Below, piece by piece: positions 9,461 to 20,365 of a stretch of DNA of 64,000 bases. Every line of letters begins with the position of its first letter. Position 1 is the first letter of the stretch. The notes under the pieces were generated by a model. That model was not told the origin of the DNA. It saw only the letters and a list, made by a program, of their open reading frames with translations, and searched no databases. The translations under genes were made by a program, and so were the position numbers. The DNA comes from an uncultured Acidobacteriota bacterium. Lineage in GTDB: Bacteria > Actinomycetota > Acidimicrobiia > Spongiisociales > ZC4RG35. The stretch covers positions 270,506 to 334,505 of the forward strand of contig CAVQFU010000007.1 in the NCBI GenBank assembly GCA_963711895.1. The letters are read 5' to 3'.

Positions 9461-10483
9461 TCAACGCCAGCCGAGCCCCGGGGCGACGAACTCAAAGATG
9501 CTCTCGATGACATGGGCGTTGTAGTCGACGCCGAGCTGGTTGGGCACGGTCAGCAACAGAGTGTCGGCAGCGGCAATGGCCTCGTCCTGCTCGAGCTGGG
9601 CGATTAGAGCATCCGGCTCGGCGGCGTAGCTGCGGCCGAAGATCGCCCGGGTTTGGGGGTCGATCATCCCGATGGTGTCCTGGTCGTTCCGCTCGTGCCC
9701 GAAGTAGGCACGATCCTCATCGGACACCAACGCGAAGATGCTGCGGCTGACCGATACGCGTGGCTCGCGTTCGTGGCCGGCTTCCTTCCACGCGTCGCGG
9801 AACACTTGGATCTGCTCGGCCTGCTGGACATGGAAAGGCTTTCCGCTCTCGTCGAACTTGAGGGTCGAGCTCTGAAGGTTCAAGCCGAGCTCGGCGGCCC
9901 AACGCGCTGTCGAGTTCGAGCCAGAGCCCCACCAGATGCGCTCCCGCAGCCCTTCGGAATACGGCTCGACCCGCAGCAGCCCTGGTGGGTTGGGGAACAT
10001 GGGCTGCGGGTTGGGCTGGGCGAACCCGCCGCCCTCGACGATCCGGAGGAACACCTCCGTGTGCCGGCGTGCCATGTCGGCGTCGCTCTCGCCATCGGCA
10101 AGGGAATACCCGAAATGCCGCCAACCGTCGATGACCTGCTCCGGTGAGCCACGGGAGATCCCAAGCTGGAGTCGACCGCTGGCAATGAGGTCGGCCGCAC
10201 CGGCGTCCTCGGCCATGTAAAGAGGGTTCTCGTAGCGCATGTCGATCACGGCGGTGCCGATCTCGATGCGGCTGGTCCGGGCACCGACCGCAGCGAGTAG
10301 AGGGAAAGGTGAGCCGAGTTGCCTGGCGAAGTGGTGGACCCGGAAGTACGCCCCGTCGGCGCCCAGCTCCTCGGCGGCGACCGCCAGCTCGATCGACTGC
10401 AACAGTGCGTCCGACCCAGAACGCGTCCGCGATCCGGACGACGGCGTCCAGTGGCCAAAGGAGAGGAACCCGATCTTCTTCAA
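9461..10483 (-). CDS. LLM-class (luciferase-like) flavin/F420-dependent oxidoreductase
   Basis: The N-terminus KKIGFLSFGHW and the overall luciferase-like monooxygenase pattern are present. A TTG at 10483 forms a TTGA overlap with the stop of the upstream broken glycosyltransferase. The track start is at 10513. Confidence 0.75.
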   Translation of the reverse strand: MKKIGFLSFGHWTPSSGSRTRSGSDALLQSIELAVAAEELGADGAYFRVHHFARQLGSPFPLLAAVGARTSRIEIGTAVIDMRYENPLYMAEDAGAADLIASGRLQLGISRGSPEQVIDGWRHFGYSLADGESDADMARRHTEVFLRIVEGGGFAQPNPQPMFPNPPGLLRVEPYSEGLRERIWWGSGSNSTARWAAELGLNLQSSTLKFDESGKPFHVQQAEQIQVFRDAWKEAGHEREPRVSVSRSIFALVSDEDRAYFGHERNDQDTIGMIDPQTRAIFGRSYAAEPDALIAQLEQDEAIAAADTLLLTVPNQLGVDYNAHVIESIFEFVAPGLGWR

Positions 10484-12110
10484 CCGTCCACCAGACGTTC
10501 GGTCTTGGCCCAATGCACTGCCGGCCGGGTCATCACCGACACTGGCGAGTACTCGACGACAACTGCTTCAGATCCGGTGATCCTCACCACCCGATCCTCC
10601 CAGGAGTGCTCCTTTAAGGCCCTGGCCCGGTCGGGGCGATCGGAGACGAGGGCGGCCGCCGACGGCAACGGTGAGGTCGGTGTCGGTGTGCACCCCGTCC
10701 AGCCCTTCGAGGGCGCGTAGGGGAGGGGCGGCGATGGGGACACCCGAGGCTAGGTACTCATACGCCTTCAACGGGCTGACGGCATGGGTCGTCTCGTTCA
10801 CCCGGAACGGGATGACGCCCGACGTCGAACCGTTGGACATATGCGGGGAGCTCGCCTTGTGCCTTGAGCCCGAGGAGGTGGACGTTGGACGGCATCACGC
10901 GGTCGGGTCGTCTTGTCGTCGCCGATGAGGACGACCGCTGCCCCGGGATTGGCCTCGGCCACCCGCCGCAGCGATTCCCAGTCGAACCAGTCACCGTAGA
11001 GCGAGCCGTGATATCCGATGACGATCTCCGCCTCAGGGAGGTCCTTCGGTCGGGGGGGAAGATCGCCCCCGAAGATGCGAGACGTTGACCCCATTCGGCA
11101 CCAGGATCGCTTCTTTCCCGAAGGCGGCGACCCGGTTCACCGAGATCGGGCGCGGAGGCGACGACTCGATCGGCGGAGATGATCAGGTCCTTCTCCAATT
11201 CGGGCCGGTACCAATCGCCACCCAGTGCCGGGTCGGACCAATCGTCGATCACGTCGTAGACCATCTCCCAGCCCGCCGTTTGCAGGGCCTTCGCGTGCGC
11301 GGCCAGAGGCGAGGCGGGGGCTTCGACCAGGACCAGACCGGGCGAGGCGGCCCGGTACGCCAAGGAGCGCAGGGTCGAATCGCTCCACTCTGGTCTGTTC
11401 CAGATTGGGGTGGACGTATCGCAATCCGAGGTCGACGGACTCCTGGGCCTCGTACAGCGAGACGAGGGTGACGTGATAGCCCTGACGCACCATCTCGACA
11501 GCGAGTTGGGTGCTCCGAGAGCCACCGCCGATGTCGTGGATGGGAACGGCGGCCAGGATCACCACCGGGGTGCGGGTGATCGGGTCGGCCCGGCTTCGTG
11601 GGCGCGTCCCCGGCCGCAAGGGGATGAGACCGATGCGATGACCGGCATCGCGAAGCCGGGCCAGCAGCCCGGGAAGCGGGTGCTCACCAGGCGGGATGCC
11701 GCCGACCTCGTCGAGGACACTGCTCCGAACCGCGATGACCTCGGGGCCCGACTACCGGCTCGGTCCGGAGCCGGCCCGCAGAGCCGAGGCCCGTCCACTT
11801 CGCCGACCACACCGGCCCCGATCGCAGAGTCGCCCAACGTCACCACGGCCCGATTGGCCAGATCCTGAGACACTTCCAGGGCGGGATCGGTCACCGTGAG
11901 GAACTCGGTCGTCTCCCCGCTGCTCGGCAATGCCAGCCTGACCCGGTAGGTGTCAGGCGTGGCGTCGAGCCAACGACGGGCCAGGGCGGGGTCGTCGAGG
12001 AAGACATCGACATTGACCCTCGAGTGTCGGGAGTGCTGCACCAGCCGATAGCGCGCCATCACCCGGTTGGGTATCAGCGGGCGGACGATGCGCTTCAGCC
12101 GGATCGGCAC
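10480..12110 (-). pseudogene. Glycosyltransferase (GT1/GT4-type core with an N-terminal extension). The reading frame is broken at least 6 times as sequenced.
   Basis: Homology-like segments hop between track ORFs 11559..12110, 11137..11619, 10758..11525, 10798..11094, 10568..10840 and 10480..10743. Example segments are VVILAAVPIHDIGGGSRSTQLAVEMVRQGYHV, WEMVYDVIDDWSDPALGGDWY, ILVPNGVN, EIVIGYHGSLYGDWFDW and IIPFRVNETTHAVSPLKAYEYLASGVPI. Approximate shift sites: 11752, 11385, 11133, 11050-11085, 10895, 10835 and 10665. Confidence 0.6.
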
Positions 12111-12113
12111 CGC

Positions 12114-14665
12114 TCACCATCGCGACGGGTCGGGCTCGGCCGCCGACTCCTCGGGTCGTTGACGCTGGATCGGGATGTCGGAATCACGGATGCCGACGGG
12201 CACGACCCAGCCGGGACGGGGCATGGAGCCCGGCGGCGGTGGAGCGGGGCCGGGGCTCGGGTCGTCGAGTGTGATCTCGTTGCTCGGCTCGGCGTCGATG
12301 TCATGGAGACTCCAGCGGCGGATCATGCTGAGCGGCGGATCGCCGGTGCTCCGGGCAACTGATGCGCGGGGATCGGCCTCGAGGGCATCGGCCAGCTCAC
12401 GCAGGGTCGACCAGGAAGTCTGCTTCTCGACGCCGGTGAGATCGACGACGTATTTCCCCCAGCTGTCGGCGAGACCTTCGGTGGTGGCGACGAGCTCGGC
12501 GTCCTCGGGCAGTGGGTTCGAGTCCCCCACGATGGTGAGGAGTGGGTACCACTCGTGGCGTGTGGCCCTCATCGCATCGTGCTCGTAGAGCTCGGGGTTC
12601 CGGTCGCGCACCATGCGACGACCCTGCTCGAAGCGAGCCTCGGTGGTGACACTCATCGACACGCCGTGCTTGCGATAGAGGAACAGGGGCTCCTCGAGCC
12701 TCACCTGCCCCCAACCCGCACCGGTGAGCCTGAGCCACAGCTCCCAGTCCTCGTTCCCCGACGTCATGGTCTCGTCGTACCCGCCAACCGATTCCCAGGC
12801 GGCCGCCCGCATCAACACGCATCCAACGACCGCGTTTTCGATGAGCTGCCAATAGGGATTGAAGGGACGGGGGATCCAGATCGCCTCGATGTCGCCGTGC
12901 AACCGGGCGAGACAGTGGGCGAAGCCGGCCTTCGGGTCCTGTCGGATCGCGGCCAGGAGCCTGGTCATGAACTCTGGCCCCAGCTCGTCGTCGGAGTCGA
13001 GAGGAACGAGGAAATCCCCACGGGCCAGCTTCATCCCGGCATTTCGAGCCCCGGGAAGACCCGTGTTGTCCTGCCGGATCATGCGGAGACGGGGCCGATC
13101 CAGTGAGTCGAGATAGGCGATGGCGGCTGGGTCCTCTGATCCATCGTCCACCACGACTATCTCCCATGACGTGTGCGTCTGCTCGTAGACGGATGCCAGC
13201 GCCTCCTCCAAATACTCGAAGTTGTCGCGCACCGGGATCACAACAGTGACGTCGGGTGACTCTTCGTCCTCGAACTCGCCCTTCGCGATCCGTTGCTGTA
13301 CTTCCCGCAGCCGTCCTTCCCGAGCCACGCGGGCCCGTTCCTCGGGCCACGAGGCGTGTTCGCGGAGCCGATCCTTGACGCCCTGCGGTGCGAGACGGGC
13401 CGCCACCCTCGCCACCGGCCCGGGCAGGTATCGATAGACCTGACGCAAGGTAGGGCTCGACCGGGTCAGCGGCCCCGGCGCCGACTTCTCGACGGCTTGG
13501 GACGCTTCTGTGGCCAGCCCGGCCTGAGAGCGGGGATGTCTCGGCTCCGGATCGGTGCGGTACGCCTCCCACGTGTCCCCCGGCTGAGGGAGCGGCCTTG
13601 ACGCCAGAGAGGGAGCGAGACCGTCGTCGTCGATGAGCCGGCGCATCGATGAGGCCAGACCCTCGACTGTCCGATCGTAAACCAGTGCCCCGGAGTCCTC
13701 GGAGAACAAGCCGTCGAAAGCGGGGAGGTCGGGCACGATCACCGGAAGCCCGAGACGACGCGCCTCGTGGGCGGCCAGGCAGAAGCTCTCGAATCGGCTC
13801 GACACGACGACAGCAGTGACTCCGTCGAGCGCATCAGACATGTGCTCCCGAGGGTGCGAGCCCGGTGAACTCGAAGGCTGCTCGATGACCCTCGGGGATC
13901 AAGCCGAGCAGCCAGTCGGTCATGGGCAACCCAGCTGTGGGGCTCCAGCCTTCGCCACCCACGAACCGCACTTTCAGGTTGGCACCATCCTCGAGAAGGA
14001 GAAGGGCGGCGCGGACCAGGTCCTGAGAGCCCTTCATCTCGCCTAATCGCCCCAGGGAGGCGAACACCGGCAGTCGCCGATGGGAGGGGCTGCCTCACCG
14101 TCCAGTGGCGGGATCGGGGGCGGGCTCACCATCAGACGGTCCGGCATCACCCCGTATCGATCGAGCATGACCTGCCGATGACCCGGTACCGGGATCAAGA
14201 CCTGGTCGGCCATCGAGAAGACGCCGCGCTCCATCGCAGCGGGGAGCCACCAATCATCGGGGGTGGTCTCCATCGCCTCCTGGAGTAGGTCGTAGGGACC
14301 GTGGAACCGTACGGTGACCGGAGTGTTCTCGAGCCCCAGGCCTGACCCGGTCGAACTAGTAGGGAGTAGCCGAGCCCCTCGAAGTCCTGCACCTCGATTC
14401 GGTCTCCGGCACGGATCAAGCCGGATACGGCGCGAGCCGTGATCTCCGATCTCTCCAGGAAGCCCGTGGGCGGGACCAGCACTACTTCGACCTCGACTCC
14501 ATCCCGGTTCATCACCTCGATCGGGTCGGGGCTGGCGAGCACCACGAGGACAGGTCGTGAGGCGCCGAGATGACGGGCCAGTGCATCGACGACCACACCG
14601 GCACCACCCTGTGTCTCGGGATAGAGCTCTGTAGTGACGAAGACGATGCGCGTCGCAGCCGGCAT
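12114..14665 (-). pseudogene. Bifunctional GT4-GT2 glycosyltransferase fusion (~850 aa), interrupted by about 3 frameshifts as sequenced
   Basis: The GT4 N-terminal half (RIVFVTTELYPETQGGAGVVV) is in ORF 14195..14746. The middle part (VTVRFHGPYDLL; VFASLGRLGEMKGSQDLV...RFVGGEGW) is in two other frames. The GT4 C-terminus plus GT2 (VVSSRFESFCLAAHEARRLGLPVIV; VTVVIPVRDNFEYLEEAL...VVVDDGS...PLDSDDEL) is in ORF 12114..13841. Shifts lie near 14360, 14095 and 13856. Confidence 0.65.
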
Positions 14666-14667
14666 GA

Positions 14668-16024
14668 GTGGATGATGGTACGGCCGAGCCCAGGTGGCAG
14701 TGGGATGGGCGATCACTAGCCTTCCGGCTCTTCCCCGTGACTTCACCTTCTTCTCGTTCGCTGTCAGACCGCCTGTTCCTGGCCCTGGTTGCCCTTCTGC
14801 CGTTGCACACAGTGTTCGTGCGGGTCGAGGTCGCCTGGAAGCCCTGGCTCGTACTTCTCGCGGTGGTCGCCGCCTTGGACCTGTGGGAAGAGCGAGGGAT
14901 TCCCCTGGTCAAGGCGGGCTGGACTCGGTGTGCTGATCTTCCTCGCGGCCGTGCTCGTGTCTTGGCCCGGGCCGGATGCAGGTGCCACCTTCTGGCGCCT
15001 TCTTCTGGGGCTCATCGCGGGAGGCCTGGCCCTTCTGGTCACCGGTCGTCACGCCAACCGCACCCAGGACGTCCTGAAAGTTGTGTTCTGGTCGGGGGCG
15101 GCCATGGCGGGCACTGCACTGATCCTGACCATGGTCACCAACGGCGTGTTCGGGGCGGGAGCGGTCGAGTCTGTCAATGACATCTGGCTCATCGATCGGG
15201 TCAACAAGCCTGCCTACCTCGCCTCAGGATTCATCGCCCTCACCAATTGGCATCAGGATCCCGGGTACTCGGCGCTGTGGACCAACGTCTGGATCGCCTT
15301 GTCGCTCGTGGGCATCGGGCGGGGTGTGATCAGGGCGCCTCGATGGGTGGCGCCCCTGGTGATCGGCGGCCTCGCCGTTGCCTCTCTTCTCACTTTCGCG
15401 CGAACAGGCTGGTTCGGCCTCGGTGTTGCGATCGTCGGGAGCCTGTTCTGGCTATGGCGTGACGGCCGATCGAATCTGATGGTTGGGTTGCGCAATGTTG
15501 CACTGGCGGCGCTGGTTGCAATCGGTCTCGTCGGCTTCCACATCGCTACGGATCCATCCGGAGTGGGAGGAGACATCGAAGATGCTCTCGTCTTTCGCTG
15601 GACCTATCTCTTCGCCCTCGGCCAGATAGATGTCGGTGAGGAAGGCGTGGTCGATCCGAATCTCGTTGTGGACGACAACCGGATCGAAGTCTGGAGTGAA
15701 TATGCCGACAGATTCGCTGGGAGCCCGATCCGGGGCATTGGGCTGGGAACGGGATGGGGTGAGACCGGTCTCCAGGAGCCACACAACCTCGCCCTCGAGT
15801 TGCTGGCCGAGACCGGGATCATCGGAGCGCTCGGATTTGTTGCAATGATCGTCTCGCTCGGTCGCGGCGGTGGCTGGACGGTCGGCCCCGCCCTTGCCGT
15901 TGTGGCGGCAGCCGCGGTAACCCAGACCATTCTCTTCGAGCCCGTCCTTTGGTTCACGCTCGGACTTTGGCTTGCCGACAGTACGGCGCGAGTTCGTGTC
16001 AGGTCGAGAGCCGGGGTCGGATGA
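14668..16024 (+). pseudogene. O-antigen ligase/polymerase-like (Wzy_C-type) polytopic membrane protein with one frameshift near 14902-14905
   Basis: The N-terminal helices (LFLALVALLPLHTVFVRVEVAWKPWLVLLAVVAALDLW) are in ORF 14668..15180. The rest is in ORF 14789..16024 and includes HNLALELLAETGIIGALGFV (Wzy_C-like). The join falls at a C4 run. Confidence 0.6.
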
Positions 16025-17279
16025 CGGTCGACGAGGGACCCCGAGCGTCGGCCAGCGGATTCCGCGCCCCTGGGACCAGTCTCATGGTGGTCGGGAGCCT
16101 TGTTGCCGCAGTCGGCGCGTATCTCTTCCAGATCGTCGGTGGTCGGGCACTGGGAGCCGAGGGCTTTGCTCCTATCTCGGTGCTGTGGACGATGTTCTTC
16201 ATCCTGGCCACCGTCGTGCTGGTGCCTGTCGAGCAGCACATAACCCGAGAGGCCGCCTCGGGGAGGAAGGTGCTGACGCTCCACGGGATCTTCCCCGCAC
16301 TGGTGGCCGTGGTGCTCGTGGCAGCGGTCGGGGTCGGTTTCGTGCTCCTCACCCTGGATCGCGTGTTTCTCGGCGACTCTCGTTTCCTCGTCGCCACTGC
16401 AGTCCTCTTCGCCACCTATGGCCTGTATGAAGTCGGACGGGGTCTGTTGGCCGGACATCGTCAATTCGCCCTGGTCGGTTGGGCCATGATCGGCGAATCG
16501 GTGGGTCGGCTCACCCTGGCCATTGGATTCCTGGCGATGGTCGCGTCGGCGCTCTCGCTGGCGTGGGCGATGGCACTGGGCTCCCTTACGGTCGTCCTAA
16601 CCCGGTTCTGGCGATTCGACCACGAGGCGCCTTCGGGATCGATGGCCGGCGCCTCGAAGTTCCTCGGCGTGTACGTGGTCGCCAGCGCGGCATCCCAGAC
16701 ATTGCTAGCCGGGGCACCGCTTGCGGTGCTCGGCATGGGCGGTAGTCCGGAGATGATCAGCATCGCCTTCGTCACCTTCACCCTCTACCGGGCGCCGTTG
16801 ACCCTGACCTACCTCCTCCAGGGCCGGATCCTGCCCTATCTGGTGCGAATGGTCGAGACGGGCGATCGCACCGACACCGATCGGCTCGTCACCCGGGTGA
16901 TGGCTGCGGGCGCAGGGCTGTGTTTGGCCGGTGCGTTGACCGGGTACCTCGTTGGGGCGGATGTGGTACAGCTCTTGTTAGGAGCCGAATTCCGGCCAAG
17001 CGCGGTGGTGTCCGCCATGGTCGCCGGAGGAGTCGTCGCCGCCGTCACGACACAGGTCGTGGGCCAGGTGCTGGTGGCCGAAGGGAGGACCGGCACCCTT
17101 GCCATCGTCTGGTCCATGGGTCTGGTCAGTTGCCATCGTCGTTCTCCTGGTCTCCTCGCTCGAACCCCTGACCCGGGTTGCCCTCGCCTTTGCGATCGGG
17201 CGAGCTGATCGCCTTGACTGCCATGTGGCGAGTGGCCCGTTCCGCCCCGGTTCAAGAGGTTTCTCTCGATGACCGATAA
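16021..17279 (+). pseudogene. Wzx-like polysaccharide flippase (MOP superfamily), paralog of 31792..33033, with about 2 frameshifts in the last 150 nt
   Basis: The ATG at 16021 overlaps the upstream stop (ATGA). The protein aligns by eye along its length with the 31792 paralog (GAYLFQIVGGRALGAEGFAPISVLWTMFFILATVVLVPVEQHITRE). The C-terminal helices (AIVVLLVSS..RVALAFAIGELIALTAMW) are recovered only by changing frame near 17130 and 17200. Confidence 0.65.
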
Positions 17280-19019
17280 CTGGCCAATGCGTCGTCTGGT
17301 GGCTTTGTTTGCCGCGCTGGTCATCCTGACTGGTTCCATCGTCCTGGTCCCGCCGCCCGAGCCCGCCCAAGCGGCCACGATCAGTGGAGTCGGCTCTGTC
17401 TACGCCGGCATCTACTCCGAGCACTTCGGTGCCGGCGCCGATCTGAACAATCTGGCCGCCGCTACCGGCAAGCGCATGACCTTCGCCGGGACCTTCCACT
17501 CGGTGAACGAGAACGACGGCGTGGCCGGAGGCTGGTCGAACACCGGGAGGTGCTGAACGAGGTGTGGGCGGGTCAGGCCACCCCGTTCGCCAACCTGAGC
17601 ATTCCTGCATCCGCCGCTGCGATCGCCTCGGGCGCATGGGACGGGAAGATCAACGAGTGGGCCTCCCACATGCAGCAGTTCCTCAACCTGGGCGGGGGCC
17701 GGAGCCTGGTCCTTGCCCCGCTTCAGGAGATGAACGGGGACTGGACGTCCTACGGCTGCGACCCGGCCAACTTCATCACGGCTTACAGACGCATCGTTGA
17801 CATCGTCCGGGGTAGGGGCATCAACGAGACTCAGGTGCGATTCGCCTTCGCACCTAACGGCTGGACGACGCCCGGCTGCGGCTCGATCGGCAGCTACTAC
17901 CCGGGCAACGCCTACGTCGACGTGATCGGGATCTCGGCCTACCGATGGGCCGATGGAGCCAGTGTCTTCCAGGTCCTGGGCGGGACGGTGAACGAGGTCA
18001 CCGCCAGCTTCCCGGGCAAGCCGGTGATCATCGCCCAGACCGCAGCGTGGCCCTCGGGGGACAAGGATCAGTGGATCAGGGAAATGATGGCCTGGGCGGC
18101 TTCCAACCCGTCCGTGGTCGGGGTGATCTATTTCAACCTGAACAAGGAGACCGACTGGCGGGTATGGATCCCTCCCAACGTCAACGCCGGCTGGAGGGAC
18201 GCAGTCCAGGCGCCGTCCACCGCCTACCAGTGGCCGTTGCGGGATTGGTTCCAGCCCGGTCCGCTCAACCTCAGCCTGAACTCGGGGGTGACCCTGTGCA
18301 ACGGCAACGCCGATTGCGACACCGCCGCCTTCCAGGACATCGCGGGGCGGTTCCACATCTGGGACAAGGCGACCAGCGGTAACACCGAGTTCTCATTCCT
18401 CTACGGCAATCCCGGTGACGTCCCCTTCTCTGGGGACTGGAACTGCGACGGGGTGGAGACCCCCGGGCTATACCGGCAATCCGACGGTTACGTCTACCTG
18501 CGCAACTCGAACAGCCAGGGAGTGGCCGACGTGTCGTTCTTTTTCGGCAACCCCGGCGACGTCCCGATGGCGGGGGACTTCGACAGCGACGGGTGCGACA
18601 CGGTATCGATCTTCCGTCCTGCCGAACAGCGCTTTTATGTGATCAACGATCTCGGCTCCAACGACGGCGGGCTCGGGGCCGCGGAGTTCTCGTTCATTTT
18701 CGGCGACCCCGGCGACAAGCCATTTGTCGGCGATTTCGATGCCAACGGGGTGGACACGGTGGGACTCCATCGGGAGTCGACCGGGTTGGTCTATTTCCGC
18801 AACTCGAACAGCACCGGGATCGCCGACAACCAGTTCATCTACGGCGACCCGGGTGACAAGCTCGTTGCTGGAGACTGGGACGGCGATGGTGACGACACCA
18901 TCGGCGTGTACCGCCCCTTCAACGGCATCTTCTATCTGCGTAACTCCAACAATCAGGGCGTCGCCGACGCCTGGGCCTTCGCTGGGTCGTACTCGGGTCT
19001 GGCCGCCCTGAACAAATGA
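17269..19019 (+). pseudogene. Secreted GH26-like glycoside hydrolase fused to a C-terminal four-repeat FG-GAP/VCBS-like module, with one frameshift near 17525-17545
   Basis: The signal peptide MRRLVALFAALVILTGSIVLVPPPEPAQA is in ORF 17269..17556, and the remainder is in ORF 17550..19019. GH26-like motifs are APLQEMNGDW and YYPGNAYVDVIGISAY. The repeat module spans 18315-19016. Confidence 0.6.
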
Positions 19020-20306
19020 GGGGTCGGCTGCTTCTCGCCCTCTTGGTCGCGGTGATGGCGGTTCCGGCGTTACCCGGCCCGCCGGCCGACGCCCAGATCG
19101 GCCCAAACGGGGTCTACCCGATGGTTTTCCCGCTCCAAGGCGGCTACCGGCTCACCAACTCGTTCGGAGATCCGAGACCCGGCGGCCGGAGCCATGACGG
19201 GGAGGACATCATGGCCGATGCCAAGGGGCAGCCCGTGGTGGCGGCAGCGGACGGGACCGTGCGGTGGATCGGCAGCACCTGTTGCTATCTGGCGATCGAG
19301 CACGACGACGGCTGGGAGACCTGGTACATCCACCTCAACAACGACACTCAAAACCCGGACGGCTCCTACAGCGATGACGGGCTCGGAAATGGCATCGCGG
19401 AGGGGATCGTTGTCGGCGCCCGCGTCGAGGCCGGCCAGGTCATCGGGTACAGCGGCGACTCGGGCAATGCCGAGGGCAACCAACCGCACCTTCATTTCGA
19501 GTTGCGTGACCCGAACGACGTGCCGGTCGACCCCTACGCCTCGTTGCTAGCGGCGGGACCATCGGTCAAGGTGACGCCCATCTGCCCGGAGGGACAGGTC
19601 TGCGACACCGTGGCCTTCCAGGAGCAAGGGGGCCAGTTCGTCCTCTGGCAACAGCTAGCGATCAACGCCGCGGCGACCACCTTCTATTACGGCAATCCAG
19701 GGGATGTCCCCTTCTCCGGTGACTGGGATTGCGACGGGGTGGAAACACCGGGTCTCTATCGACGGTCTGACGGCTATGTGTATCTGCGCAACTCCAACAC
19801 GGCGGGCGTCGCTGATATCTCCTTCTTCTTCGGCAACCCGGGCGATTTCCCGATCTCCGGTGATTTCGACAATGACGGGTGCGACACGGTGTCGATCTAC
19901 CGGCCCACCCAGCAGCAGTTCCACGTGATCAACGACCTGGGCTCGAGCGATGGCGGCTTGGGGGCCGCCGAGTACATGTTCGTTTTCGGCAACACAGGCG
20001 ACAAGCCTTTCGTCGGCGACTTCAACGGGGACGGTGTCGACACCATCGGTCTGCATCGGGAGTCCACCGGCCTGGTCTACTTCCGGGATTCGAACACCAG
20101 CGGTGTGGCCGACTTCGAGTTCATCTATGGGGATCCCGGTGACAAGTTGGTGGCCGGGGACTGGGACGGCGACGGGACCGACAGCATCGGGGTCTATCGA
20201 CGTTCGGACGACATCTTCTACCTCAAGAACACCAAACGTCGAAGGAGTCGCCGACGCCAGCTTCGTGGCCGGGGATTACACCAGCGTCATAGCCCTCCTG
20301 CCCTGA
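19016..20306 (+). pseudogene. Secreted M23 (LytM-type) metallopeptidase fused to the four-repeat module, with a frameshift at the A3 run 20234-20236
   Basis: A signal peptide is present, with SHDGEDI (HxxxD) and PHLHFE (HxH). The module spans 19601-20306. The natural C-terminus NVEGVADASFVAGDYTSVIALLP* lies in the frame of track ORF 19950..20306, whereas the 443-aa track ORF ends in an Arg-rich tail. The ATG overlaps the GH26 stop (ATGA). Confidence 0.8.
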
Positions 20307-20365
20307 AGGAGCCAGCAGCGTTCCCGGTACCCGGGCCGGACCACTAAGCCCTCGCCACGCATACG

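Noticed and set aside
12397-13572. A 391-aa minus-strand ORF overlapping the GT2 part of the GT4-GT2 gene in another frame.
   Set aside because: It is an Arg/Gly/Pro-rich alternative frame of a region whose other frame carries clear GT2 motifs (VVVDDGS, DSDDEL).
17412-18356. A 314-aa minus-strand ORF opposite the GH26-like gene.
   Set aside because: It has antisense shadow composition, and the plus strand carries GH26-like motifs and the repeat module.
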